From Chiloscyllium plagiosum (Eukaryota), in NCBI RefSeq assembly GCF_004010195.1, contig NC_057749.1, forward strand, positions 9,373,492-9,437,491: 64,000 nucleotides of DNA. The letters are read 5' to 3'. The number at the start of each line of letters is the position of its first letter. Position 1 is the first letter of the stretch. Both the position numbers and the translations under genes were made by a program. Below the pieces are notes generated by a model. It was not told the DNA's origin and did no database searches. It worked only from the letters and a program-made list of their open reading frames with translations. Shown one piece after another: positions 36,100-49,339 of this stretch.

Positions 36100-39000
36100 G
36101 AGTCATAGAGTCATAGAGATGTACAGCACGGAAACAGACCCTTCGTCCAACTCGTCCATGCTGACCAGTTATCCTAAACCTTCTTCGCTGTCCACTACAC
36201 CTCCAATTTTGGTGTCATCTGCAAACTTACTAACTATATCTCTTATGCTCATATCCAAAACGTTTAAATAAATGACGAAAAGCAGTGGACCCAGCATCGA
36301 TCTTTGTGGTACTCCAGTGGACACAGGCCTCTGGTCTGAAAAACAACCCTCCACCACCCCCCTCTGTCTTCTACCTTTGAGCCAGTTCTGTATCCACATT
36401 GCTGTATTCCATGAGATCTAACCTTGCTAACCAGCCTCCCATGGAGAACCTTGTCAAACGTCTTACTGAAGTCCATCTACCGCTCTGCCCTCATCAATCC
36501 TCTTTGTTACTTCTTCAAAACACTCAATCAAATTTGTGAGACATGATTTCCCACGCACAAAGCCATGTTGACTATCCCTAATCAGTCCTTGCCTTTCCAA
36601 ATACATGTAAATCCTGTCCCTCAGGATTCCCTCCAACAGCTTGCCCGCCACCAATGTCAGGCTCACTGGTCTATAGTTACCTGGCTTGTCCTTACCATCT
36701 TTCTTAAACAGTGGTACCACGTTAGCCAACTTCCAGTCTTCTGGCACCTCACCTGTGACTTTAGATGATTTAAATATCTCAGTAAGAGGCCCAGCAATCA
36801 CTTCCCTAGCTTCCCACAGAGTTCTAGGGTACACCTGATCAGGACCTGGGGATATATCCACTTTTATGCATTTCAAGACATCCAGCACTTTCTCCTCTGT
36901 AATATGGACATTTTGCAAGATGTCACCATCTATTTCCCTACATTCTATACTTCTATGTCCTTTTCCATAGTAAATACTGATGCAAAATACTCATTTCGTA
37001 TCTGCCCCATCTCTGCTGCTCCACACAAAGGCCGCCTTGCCAATCTTTAAGGGGCCCTATTCTCTCCCTAGTTACCCTTTTGTCCTTATTGTATTTGTAA
37101 AAACTCTTTGGATTCTCCTTAACTCTATTTGCCAAAACTATCTCATGTCCCCTTTTTGACCTCCTGATTTCTCTCTTAAGTATACTCCTACTGCCTTTAT
37201 ACTCTTCTAAGGATTCACTTGATCTATCCTATCTATACCTGACATATGCTTCCTTCTTTTTCTTAACCAAATCCTCAATTTCTTTAGTCATCCAGCATTC
37301 CCTATACCTACCAGCCTTTCCTTTCACCATAACAGGAATATACTTTCTCTGGACTCTCGTTATCTCATTTCTGAAGGCTTCCCATTTTCCAGCCGTCCCT
37401 TTACCTGCTAACATCCACCCTCAATCAGTTTTTGAAAGTTCTTGCCTAATACCGTCAAAATTGGCTTTTCTCCAATTTAGAACTACAACTTTTAGATCTG
37501 GTCTACCCTTTTCCATCGCAATTTTAAAACTAATAGAATTATGGTTGCTTGCCCCGAAGTGCTCCCCCTCTGACACCTCAGTCATCTACCCTGCCTTATT
37601 TCCCAAGAGTAGGTCAAGGTTTGCACCTTCTCTAGCAGGTACATCCACATACTGAATCAGAAAATTTTCTTGTACATACTTAACAAATTCCTCTTCATCT
37701 AAATCCTTAACACTATGGCAATCCCCGTCTATGTCTGGAAAGTTAAAATTCCCTACCATAACCACCCTATTATTCTTACAGATAACAGATCTCCTTACAA
37801 ATTTGTTTCTCAATTTCCCTCTAACTATTAGTGGGTCTATAATACAATCCCAATCAGGTGATCATCCCTTTCTTATTTCTCAATTTCACCCAAATAACTT
37901 CCCTAGATGTATTTCCGGTAATATCCTCCCTAAGTACAGCTGTTATGCTATCCCTTATCAAAAATGCCACTCCCTCTCCTCTCTTGCCTCCCTTTCTGTC
38001 CTTCCTGTAGCATTTATATCCTGGAACATTAAGCTGCCAGTCCTGTCCATCCCTGAGCCATGTTTCTGTAATTGCTATGATATCCCAGTCCCATGTTCCT
38101 AACCATGCCCTGAGTTCATCTGCCTTCCCTGTTAGGCCCCTTGCATTGAAATAAATGCAGTTTAATTTATCAGTCCTACCTTGTTCTCTGCTTTGTCCCT
38201 GCCTGCCCTGACTATTTGACTCACCTTTGTTCTCAACTATACCCGTTGATGAATGCATGGCTGAGGAGCTGGGAGAAGGATTCACATTTTTGGATCCCCA
38301 CTATCTGCTCTATCCTTCTATTCCTGTACCAGGAGTAATCCAGATATTACTACTCTTGAGGACCTCCTTTTTAACTTCCTGCCTAACTCTCTATAATCTC
38401 CATTCAGAATCTCAACCTTTTCCCTTCCTATGTCATTGGTTCCAATGTGTACAGTGACCTTCTGCTGGCGCCTCTCCCCCGTGAGAACATTCTGCACCCT
38501 CTCTGAGACATCCTTGATCCTGGCACCAGGGAAGCAACACACCATTCTGATTTTTCACTGCTGGCCACAGAAATGTTTGTCTGTACCTCAGACTAGAGAG
38601 TCCCCTAATACAATTGATCTCTTGGAACCCGACATGCCCCTCATTACTTTAGAGCCAATCTCATTGCCAGAAACATGGCTGTTTGAGCTACATTCCCCTG
38701 AGAATCCATCACCCCCTACATTTTCCAAAAAAGCATATTTGTTTGAAATGGAGATAGCCTTTGAAGTTTCCGGCACTACCTGCCTACCTCTCTTACCTTT
38801 CCTGGAGTTAACCCATCTATGTGACTGTAACTGAGACATTCCCCTTCTTTAATTGCCATGCGTCACATCCCCTTGCTCTTGTAAATTCCTCATTGTCTCT
38901 AACTGTCTCTCTAACTGATCCATTTGATCCGATAGGATTCGCAACCAACAGCATTTATTGCAGATATAATCCTCAGTTAACCGATAAACTCTCCCTAAAC

Positions 39001-39660
39001 TCCCACATCTAACAAGAAGAGCTTATCACTCTACTAAAGGCCATTTTTGCTTCTTTCAATCTACAGACCTAGCAAATAGCACTGTCTTATACCTCTACAA
39101 ACACTTCTCCAGGTTAAATTAATACTTCTGGCTTATATTTTAAGTTTAATCAAGAGACAAAGCTCAACAAAACATATAATCAAGAAAGAACCTACTCTAC
39201 TCATTACTGCAAACTTATTGTAAGGCCACGCTTAAAATATCCACTTATCTGTTTCTCTGCTGTGATCTCTCCTAAACAGGTTCCTGCAAGATTGGTTGTG
39301 AATTTCACTGTTTGATAATTTTCCCAGACTCACTCCGATGTCCAGCGATACATGAATTCAACAGCAAAGGTGATAACTGCGCAGGTTCACTGCTCTGTCA
39401 GTTAGCAGTGTGGGTTTATTTCTCTCTCTCTTTCTCTCCTGCACCGACCTCACCATGTGCTTCCTTTGTCTGTTCTTCTCCCTTTTAAAACTGCTGTTGT
39501 TTTGACTTTATTTTCCTCCAAAGTTCTAAAACAATGCAACAGCATATAAAAAAAAATTGCTGCTCCTGGAATTCGAGGAAATCCCCTCCAACACCTAAAA
39601 TACCTCAAAAAAGGAGCAGCTGTTACAGCCAGAAATTTTTCCCGTCCTCCATCTTGGATT
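36100..39660 (-). mobile_element. Near full-length CR1 LINE (5' UTR, ORF1, ORF2), inactivated
   Basis: ORF1 from ATG at 39044: Zn-finger/coiled coil (ICNKCC.LRIL..Q..QLERQLE), then SGNH esterase (IVLGDSLV, CCFPGA, VHIGTND). ORF2: APE (CIYFNARGL, DIIAITETW, VMVGNFN) and RT (SPGPD, NYRPVSLT, QHGF, DFSKTFDKV, GVPQ, FADDTK). Multiple frameshifts; the region after FADDTK is deleted up to the tail. Confidence 0.95.
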
Positions 39661-40269
39661 ACATGTTCATGTTCATTGGACATGATTGAACAAGGAGTCT
39701 ACCGCCACTATGTCCAAATGAGAATGTGGACAGTTTCTTGGTTTAGCACTCCTTCCGAAAGATAGCCTCTCTGACAGTGTAGTGTATGCTCAGTATATAG
39801 CACTGAAGTGTCAGCTGTGATTCTTGTGTTCAATTCTTGGCATGGGACGTGATTCCACAATTATTTGACCAAAATGAGAGTTCTACCAAATGAGCCACAG
39901 ATGTCACTGTCAGGTGGAGAGAAACTGACAAAGCAAAGGAGCGCTGAGAATTTCACATCAGGTGTAATAACATCAGAATAATGATTCTATTCTAAGATCT
40001 GATTAGATGTAATAACTAAGCGACCATACCAGATTCTGTCCTCAGTCTTTACTCACTTGTGGTAACACGATTGTGTTCATTCTGAAGCTTTCTATGTAAA
40101 TCTAAAGATTCTGTGCTTTCATTTCATAATTGTCATAAAACTAAGAATGCCATTTTTAGAAAAAAGCATGACCATTTTTATAACCTTAAAGCTGAATCCC
40201 CAGAAAAGAGCAGTTTCCAACACTTAACACAACTGTATTCTGAAAATAAAACAAAGAGCTACAGTATGT

Positions 40270-40400
40270 GAAAATCAGAAACAAAAACAGAAATTGCTGG
40301 AAAAGCTCAACAGATCTGGCAACAGGTCTGTGGAGGGAAAGCAGAGTTATTTTTTTGGATCAAGTGACGTTTCTTCAAGATCTTTTTCAGCAGTTTCTAG
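40270..40400 (-). mobile_element. Family B unit, degenerate
   Basis: 'aaacaaaaacagaaattgctggaaaagctcaacagatctggc'. Confidence 0.7.
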
Positions 40401-40633
40401 TCTGACAACAGTAAACAGCTCACTTCAGTTGGTGGGGTGATCTTTAATTCAGCTGCTCCAAGGCTGACAAATCTGATACTGCATTGAACTGGCTGGGTTT
40501 AATATTGTATGTCACGGGAAAGTGAATTCTAGTTCCTGGTAATATAAACCAAACATGCACTCTTGAAAAAAACAATCTTTAGAGTTTAGATCCACAGTCT
40601 GCTTACCCACACTGAAAACTGGTCAGATAGAAT

Positions 40634-40821
40634 CACAAACAGAACTTGCTACAAAAGCTCAGTAGGTCTGGCAGCATCTGTGGAGAGAAATCAGAGTTAA
40701 GATTTTGGGTCCAGTTAACTCTGATTTCTCTCCACTGATGATATCAGACCTTCTGAGCTTTTCCAGAAATTTCTGTTTTTGTTTCTGATTTCCACTATCT
40801 GTAGTTCTCTCGGCTTTTATT
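40634..40821. mobile_element. Fold-back family B element, hammerhead centre deleted
   Basis: Inverted arms; perfect 14-bp TSD tggtcagatagaat at 40620-40633 and 40822-40835. Confidence 0.88.
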
Positions 40822-41016
40822 TGGTCAGATAGAATGTTTAGTATTCAATCTGCAATCTCTTGTATTTATCCAAAGTTAGTGCTTTAATTTGAGGGAACAG
40901 CTTATTTTGGCTTCGTCAGGAACGGAATATTGTCATTTTGTAAGCAAGTTTTTTGTAAATTAACCTATATTTCCTAATCAACCTGTTCAGAGATGTTATT
41001 GCATTCCTCTGTGTCA

Positions 41017-41324
41017 AGGGCAATATGGTGGCTCAGTGGATAGCACTGCTGCCTCACAGCTCCAGGGTTCCAGGTTCAATTCCAGCCTTGGGAGACTGCC
41101 TGTGTGGGTTTCCTCCGGGTGCTCCGGTTTCCTCCCACAATCCAAAGATGTGCAGGTCAGGTGAATTGGCTGTGCTACGTTGTCTATAGTGGTCAGGGAT
41201 GTATAGCTCAAGTGCATAAGTCAGTGGTAAATGCTGGGGAATGGGACTGGGTGTGATACTCTTTGGAGGGTCAGTGTGGACTTGTTGGGCTGAAGGGCCA
41301 ATTTCCACACAGTTGGGATTCTAA
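41017..41324 (+). mobile_element. HE1-type SINE
   Basis: A-box tggctcagtgg, B-box ggttcaattcc, central domain with a deletion, CR1-type tail. Confidence 0.9.
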
Positions 41325-42528
41325 GTGGGACTTGAATCAAGGCCTCACAGTCCAGGGATAGAGACATTAGCACTGTGCTACAAGAGGAATGAAGGTGAAG
41401 TATGTACGCCTGTGTGAGGTTGTAATGCTAAGCTTTCTATGTTGTCATGTGTGAAAATGAAAAGTAGAAAAGTTGGCACTGTTCAGGTTGGAATTTGGCC
41501 TCAGTTAAGGCTGGCTATCTAAATGCAACAGTGGTTCTCTGTGCATTGCATTTTTGTCCTCTGGATCCAGAAATTGCCACCCCAAATGCAAAAGCTGTCT
41601 GTATAGTATGAAGGCATAGTTGGGGTTCTGTTCTGTACTTTTTCTTTGGATAATTGTCTTCAAAAAATACAAAATATCCAACACCATAATTCACAGATGA
41701 GCCATGGAGATGTTCCAGGTGGCCAATATTTATCCCTAGATTAGGTCATTATCACATTGGCCATATCACATTTAGTGGGTCAAAAACAGTTAACATATTA
41801 TCGCAATGACTACGTTTTGAAAAACATCACACTGGTTAAAGCCACTCCCGGACATCCTAATCTCAAAAGTGATGCCATATAAACAGACATTTTTGTTCTC
41901 GAGATCATTAATTTATGTTTTTACAAACACTCGATGTCCATTTTCCATCTTACTGGTATTACAGCTTTCAACATTCTTGCATCACTAGCTCACAATAACT
42001 TCCTCCTTAATTGAAAAAAGTTTGCTTCTGTCTGCAGTACAGCTGATAGAACTTCCTTGTATTATAACAAAGTGTTAGCATTTTTTCATTAGCACATTGT
42101 AGATGCTAGTACATTTTGAAGTCTATTGCCATTATTTAAAATTGCACAGTGGGGAGATACTAGAGTTTGTTCTTAAAGTAGTTTGTAACAATTTACTTGA
42201 ATTAAAAAAAACTATAACTGAATTAAGTACAGGTTGAGATGGATTTAGGAATGGAAATAATACGCAGTGGCATTTTTAATTAAGCAACCAAGTTAGCATT
42301 GAAAAATATGAACTTTATACTGAACATTGTGATTTTCCTTAGGTATCAGAGCTAGACTGCTTACAAGTGTGAAAATTCATGGAATAACTGAGGAGGTGGC
42401 CAATCAAACAGAAAATTGGCTTGAAAATCAATTGACATAAAGCGCAATACTTAAAAGTGGCAGTGACTGGTTTCGTCTCACAGAATCTGTGTCCTAAGCC
42501 ACTCTCCAGTGTTGACTCAGCGTAGATT

Positions 42529-42729
42529 CATAGAGTCACACAGTATGGAAACAGACCTTTCAGCCTAACTCATTCATGCCATCCATGTTTCCGAAGCCGA
42601 ACTAGTCTCATTTGCCAGCATTTGGCCCATATCCCTCTAAACCTTTCCTATCCATGTACCTGTCAAAATGTATTTTAAATGTTGCAATTGTACACACCTC
42701 CTCTGGAACCTCATTCCACACATGCACCA
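42529..42729 (-). mobile_element. CR1 3' tail fragment
   Basis: Similarity to 23698-23915. Confidence 0.85.
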
Positions 42730-42791
42730 GATTGATGTATTTTTAAAGAGAGGAGACAAATCAGTCTGAGTCCAGAAATTCCAATTAAAGA

Positions 42792-43137
42792 TTATTGACC
42801 AGAGTATTGAGTATAGGAGTTGGGAGGTAATGTTGCAACTGTACAGGACATTGGTTAGGCCATTTTTGGAATGTTGTGTGCAATTCTGCTTTCCTTCGTA
42901 TCAGAAGGATGTTGTGAAACATGGAATGAAGCTGGCAGGGGAAGTGGTGGGGGCTGGTACAATTGCAACATTTAAAGGGCATCTGGATGGGTATATGAAT
43001 AAGAAGTTTTTCGAAGGCTATGGGCCAAGTGCTGGCCAATGGGACTTAGATTAGATTGGGATATCTGGTCAGCATGGATGAGTTGGACTGAAGGATCTGT
43101 TTCTGTGCTGTACATCTTTATGACTCTATGACTCTAT
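42792..43137 (+). mobile_element. CR1 3' fragment with internal deletion
   Basis: MLQLYRTLVRPFLECCVQF..YQKDVVK joined directly to the last ORF2 segment and tail. Confidence 0.9.
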
Positions 43138-43434
43138 ATTTCTTTGTTATTACAGTGCCAATAGCACAAATGTAACTGTTTTTAAACATTGTTGAAGAGA
43201 AAGGCACATTTTCTTCTTGCAGCCATCAAGACAGATGTATTATTCCATCCCTCAGCAAATCAGAGCTGACTTTGCAGCATCTCTTTTCTCCTGAATAATT
43301 ATGGTTGTTTAAAAATGTACACTTATGTAGCTATACATTCATAAGAAATTTGAAGTTTAGAATGTTTTATTCTTCTATCAAAGATGTGTGATCTTACTTG
43401 GTTAATGTGGAGATACTTTGGAAGAGAATGAAGA

Positions 43435-44296
43435 AGTGGAAGAGTGGGTTAGTAAGTTTGCCGATAACACAAAGGTTAGTGGTGTTGTAGATAGTGTGGA
43501 GGTTTGTTGCAGGCTAAAACATGACATTGACAGGATGCAGAGTGAGGCTGATAAGTGAGAAGTGATTCATTTTGAATGGTTGAATTTGAATACACAGTTA
43601 AAGACAGGATTCTTGGCAGTGTGGAGGAACAGCGGGATCTTGGGGTCCATGTATATAAATCCCTCGAAGTTGCCACCCAAGTTGATAGGGTTGTTAAGAA
43701 GACATATGGTGTTTTGGCTTTTATTAACAAGAGGATTGAGTTTAAGAGCCATGAGGTTTTGCTGCAGCTCCATAAAACTCTAGTTATACCACACTTGGAA
43801 TCCAGTTCTGGCCGATTCATTATGGGAAGGTTGTAGATGCTTTAGAGAGGGTGCAGAGGAGATTTGCCAGGATGCTGCCTCGATTGAAGGGCTTGTCTTA
43901 CAAAGAGAGATTGAGTGAGCTGGGGCTTTTCACACTGGAGAGAAGGAAGAGTGGTGACTTGATAGAGGTGTACAAGGTAATTAGAGGCATAGATAGAGTA
44001 GATAGCCAGAGACTTTTCCCCAGGGCAGAACTGGCTGTCATGAGGGGTCATAATTTTAAGGTGATTGGAGGAAGGTATAGGGGAGTTGTCAGAGGTAGGT
44101 CTTTACGCAGAAAGTGTTAGGTGCATGGAAAGCTCTGCCAGTGGTGGTAGTAGAGTCAGAGACATTAGAGACATTTAAGCAATTGCTGGACAAGCACATG
44201 GACGGCAATAAATTGAGGGTAGTGTAGATTAGGTTGATCTTAGATTAAGATAAATGCTCAGTACAACATCATGGGCTGAAGGGCTGTTCTATGTCC
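43435..44296 (+). mobile_element. CR1 LINE 3' fragment
   Basis: FADNTK...VEEQRDLGVHV...QRRFARMLP. Confidence 0.92.
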
Positions 44297-44912
44297 TACA
44301 AGACTGCTTTTCCTGATGAGTGCAAGATGAAAAACTTTGATCTTTTCAATAATATTGATGTCTGTTGGATCATTATAAGTATTTACTAACTACATTTCTA
44401 AAAGGTCTGGATCAGCATATGGACCAGTCAGTTTGACCTCTGTAGTGGGAATGTTGCTGGAGTCAATCATAAAGGCAAAAAGCTTTGCAAATTACTTGTC
44501 ATTTTTCTAATACAACTGAATTGTGTAGGAAAAGAAGATAAGTATCAAACCAGCTGATAAATACATTGTCAATTACATAGGCCTAAGCTCACTCCCCAGT
44601 CTTCTCCTGCTCTGTCTAACCTCCTTTAAAAGGCTCTTTAAAATTTACCCTATTGACCCATCCGATTTCAATTGCTGTGATTGGATAAATGCACTGGATA
44701 TGAGGCTTTCAGCTATTAATTGTGTCTGTCCTTTAAAGACTATTGTTTTCTATTGCCAAAACCAGGTAATTGATCTCACCAGTTTACAGATATAATCAGA
44801 TGGTGACTAGCTGCAAATGTAATGGAATGCTCTTGTTAAGAATACTATTTGTAATCTCACTTTAGAAGCATATATTTGTCTTTGAATTGCATTGATCACA
44901 CTATATATTTTG

Positions 44913-45175
44913 GAATCATAGAATCCCTACAGCGAGGAAACAGGCCATTAGGCCCAACAAATCCACACCAATCCTCTGAAGAGTATCCCACCCAGACCCA
45001 TTCCCCTACCCTATTACTTTATGTTTCCCCCTGATTAATGTACCTAACCCACACATCCCTGAACATTCTGGGCAATTTAGCACAGCCAATCCACTAACCT
45101 GCACAGCTTTGTACTGTGGGAGAAAACAGGAGCACCCAAAGGAAAGTCACGCAGACACGGGAAGAATGTTCAAAC
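44913..45175 (-). mobile_element. HE1-type SINE, 5'-truncated
   Basis: Tail and central domain only. Confidence 0.85.
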
Positions 45176-45358
45176 ACTGATCTTCAGTTGTAGCAAGACT
45201 TTTTATATTTTTAGTCCAGTTATATTCAGGCCAATGGATGCTGATGGTGGTGAAGTCCAGAGAATACACAAACCCTACACAGACAATTGCCAGTGAATAT
45301 GGAATTCACAGTGGAAGGCCTCAGTGGCTGAAGAAGGGTGATGTACAACAGACTTGAA

Positions 45359-45676
45359 TTAGATTAGATTACTTATAGTATGGAAACAGGCCCTTCAGCC
45401 CAACAAGTCCACACCGACACTCCGAAGAGCGACCCACCCAGACCCATTCCTCTACATTTACCCCTTCACCTAACACTACAGGCAATTTAGCATGGCCAAT
45501 TCACCTAACCTGCACATCTTTGGACTGTGGGAGGAAACTGGAGCACCCGGAGGAAACCCACGCAGACACGGGGAGAATGCGCAAACTCCAAACAGACAGT
45601 TACCTAAAGCGGGAATTGAACCCGGGTCTCTGGCGCTGTGAGGCAGCAGTGCTAATTACTGTGCCATCGTGCCACC
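45359..45676 (-). mobile_element. HE1-type SINE
   Basis: Full-length family match. Confidence 0.9.
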
Positions 45677-45699
45677 CAATCAAAGAATGCAGAGACTGG

Positions 45700-46390
45700 G
45701 AGCTGGAGACAATGAATAATCTCATTCTCAATGATGGCACAGCCCTGCACATCAGTGCCAAAGCCAAAGCTAAATCATTTGCAACTGTCTTCTGCCAGAA
45801 GTGCTGATCTTAAGCCCATCTTAAGCCAATTTGATTCACTCCATATGATATCAAGAAATGCTGAGTGAACTGGATAAAGAAAATACCATGGGTCCCAGCA
45901 CAATTCACAGGGCAGTTTAGAGTTGTCCTGATGAAGGGCCTATGTCTGAAACGTCGACTCTCCTGTTCCTCGGATGCTGCCTGGCCTGCTGTGCTTTTCC
46001 AGCACACACTTTTCGACTCTGATCTCCAGTATCTGCAGTCCTCACTTTCTCCGAGTCCCTAGCATACCATAGGTGCAGTGTGTTGATGCACTGGTGCAAT
46101 TTGTGAAGGTTACGTCAACAGTCCACAATCGATACCATCCTAAAGGACAAGGGCAGCAGACGAATGGAAACCCCACCACCTCCAAGTTCCCCTTCAATTT
46201 GGAGCCAAATTGTCATTCCATCACAGCCGGTATGTCAGAATCCTGGGACTTCTTCACTGACAGGATTAGGGAGCACCTTCAGCACAGAGGTGGAAGCAGT
46301 TCAAGAAGTAATGCTCACCACAAGTTTCTCAAGGGCAATCAGGAATGGACAATAAGTGCAGTCTTGCCAGGGGCAGCCACATCTTATAGT
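45700..46390 (+). mobile_element. CR1/L2-group LINE fragments (second family) interrupted by a family A unit at 45925-46052
   Basis: LILNDG...SAKAKAKSFATVFCQKC matches ORF 63221-63868; the 3' part matches 24660-25020. Hammerhead GUC-CUGAUGA-A-GGGC cuau GUCU-GAAA-CG-UC-GAC at 45925-45958. Confidence 0.8.
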
Positions 46391-47169
46391 CAATTGTTTA
46401 GAAAAAGAAGACCACACAAAAATAATTGTAGCTGTCAGGCCTTGGTGGGAGATAACCAGTTGCTTGTGCTTCTTTAAGCATTCGATAAAGTTAAATTTTG
46501 AAGAATTGGCTAAGTATATCAATGGAAACAAAGGAAAGAATTTATCCCTGGATATTGTTTCAAAATATTCTTATCTCATATTACAGTTCTTATTCCAGTG
46601 CTGTAGACGATGATTTATTCGATGTTGGAAAATCAAGCTGCTTTGTGTGTATCTAACTATAAAATGATTTGATTCTTCCTTTGACCTATTGCCTTAAACA
46701 ATGTTCCATTGTCCTGTCAAAATAACAATGAAAAACAGTGTGTTACAAGATGCATTTGTTTTATGATTCAGGTGATGTTTATGACCCACTTGTGTTTTGT
46801 GTAATCACAGCATCTTGGCATAGTAATTTCCCCATAATTTAGTCATTTTATAACTGTTAGAGAAGGAACTTGCATTTATATAGGATGTTTTTGTAAATCT
46901 TCAGGGTGTCCTACTAGCACTTTAAAGCCAACCAACTCTTTGAAGTATAGTGACTGGGAGAATCATAGAATGATTTAACACTAAAGGAGGCCATTTAGTC
47001 AATTCAGTCTATGTTGGTTCTTTGATAATGCTTTCTAAATAGTCCTATGACCCTGCTTTTTTTTCCCCACGTCACTGCATATGTTTTTGATTCAGACCTG
47101 TCAGGAATCAGAGGACACAGTTTTAAAGTAACTTTCAAAACAGAGGTGATGTGGAAATTTCGATAATAC

Positions 47170-47800
47170 ATAAGAGTCATACAGTCATACAGCATGGTCC
47201 AACCAGTCCATTGCCAGCCAAAATCCCAAACTAAACTAGTCCCATCTGACTGCGCTTGGCCCATATCCCTCCAAACATTTCTTATTCATGTACTTATCCA
47301 AATGTCTTTTAAATGTTGTAATTGTACCCACATGCACCATTTCCTATGGAAGTTCATTCCACACACGAACCACTCTGTGTAAAAAAAAGGTTGCACCTCA
47401 TTTCTTTGCAAGTGACACTTGAATTGTTTGTGAAAGCTTAGTGGCTTCAGTAAAAAAATATTTAATTGTAGAAAGAAATATAGTGGGGAACAGAAAATGT
47501 GAATCAATCGATGAAGCTAATCATTTTGAAAGAACACTCTTTCTCCTCTCACCTTAAAAATATGCCCCCTCTTGTTGAAATCCATCATCTTAGGGAAAAG
47601 AACCAGTCATTCACCTTATCTAAACTCCTCAGTATTTTACAAATCTTGATAAGGTCACCCTTCAACCTCCTATGCTCCAGTGAAAAAAGTCCCAGCCTAT
47701 CCAGCCCCTCCTTAGAACTCAAACCCTCCATTCCTGCCAACATCCTGATTGATCTTTTCTGAACCCTCTTAACTTAATAATATCTTTCTTCTAACAGGGC
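47170..47800 (-). mobile_element. CR1 3' fragment containing a ~130-bp foreign insert
   Basis: CR1 tail and ORF2 end, interrupted at 47404-47536. Confidence 0.88.
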
Positions 47801-48518
47801 AAAATGGAATGACTGAAAAATATTGGAAGTATAGGTGTTGGAATTGTGCAGAGCTATGGTCAAAGGTGAGGGAGTGGAATTAATTGGAGTTGATTAATTT
47901 TGCTATCAACTTTTTTCAATCCTTGATACTCTGCACTACTACAGATGGGGATCTTGGCTTTTCACCTTGAGGTGCATTTCTGCTCTGACATTCTGGAAGG
48001 TGACTATAAATGTACAAAATTGATCAAAACCCATTGTCTCCAAATACAACATCCACGGACAGACTTCCATCGAGTTACACACTGAAAATGTTCACCAATG
48101 GTAACCATTACCTGTGGTTTCAAAGAGTATGAATGACTGACAAACATTGAATATTGTACAAGTTGATTACTTTAGAAAGTATAGAGCAGGTTTCCCAAGA
48201 AAAAAAAGATAAAAGCCAGCTGATTTAAAGGTTTCTGCCTGAGCAATTGAATGTAAAATTCACCTTCACATCTTAACTGAATAAGGCAGCGGATAGGATA
48301 TCTATAAGATAAGGATAATCTCATGTAAAATGTAAGACTTGTAGTTTCAAATGAATGTCTTTGCAAGTGACACTTGAATTGTTTGTGAAAGCTTAGTGGC
48401 TTCAGTAAAAAATTTATATTTAATTGTAGAAAGAAATATAGTGATGAACAGAAAATGTGAATCAATCAATGATGCTAATCATTTTGAGAGAACAATTTAG
48501 AATAATGTAGTGCCTTTG

Positions 48519-49000
48519 TCATAGAATCATAGAGTCGTAGAGATGTACAGCAATGGGATCTTGATCTGGTGGACCAATGAGCTGAGGAGTGATAGCTGGA
48601 GTTTAATTTAGATAAATGCGAGGTGCTGCATTTTGGGAAAGCAAATTAGGGCAGAACTTACATACTCCATGGTATTGTCCTGGGAAGTGTTGCTGAATAT
48701 CCTTGGAGTGCAGGTTCATAGTTCCTTAAAAGTGGAGTCACACATAGATACGATAGTGAAGAAGGCGTTTGGTATACTTTCCTTTATTGGTCAGCGTTCT
48801 GAATATGGGAGTTGGGAGGTCATGTTGCAATTGTACAGGATATTCGCTAGGCCACTTTTGGAATATTGTGTGCAATTTTGGTCTCCCTCCTATCAGAAAG
48901 ATGTTGTGAAACTTGAAAGGATTCAGAAAAGATTTACAAGGATGTTGTCAGGGTTGAAGGATTTGAGCTGTAGGGAGAGGTTCAATAGGCTCTTTCTGTT
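48519..49000. mobile_element. CR1 fragment: short minus-strand tail joined to a plus-strand RT segment
   Basis: 'catagaatcatagagtcgtagagatgtacagca' followed by an ORF with LGVQVHSSLKV...LEYCVQFWSP.Y.KDVVKLERIQKRFTRM. Confidence 0.88.
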
Positions 49001-49339
49001 TAGCTTGCTGCCTTAAAGTGCCTTGGGAGGTTCAAATGTGTTAACATTAATAGATAAATGCAATCTTGTGTTGTCATAGAACATCCCAAGGTGCTTCCCA
49101 GGACCATCATCGAACAAAATTTGACATGGAACCAAAAAGGAAGTAACAGGATGAATGACCAAAGAGAGGGAATTCTAGGACCCAGCTGCTGCAGACTGGT
49201 GAAGACAACACAAAAGGACTACTGGGTGGAGGAATGGAGAAGAACATGGAACAGCCATCAAACAAAATACCAAATTGGTGAAGAAAATAAGCCAATGGAT
49301 AGCAAGTGAAGACAAAGATTTATATTCATAAGACCTTTC

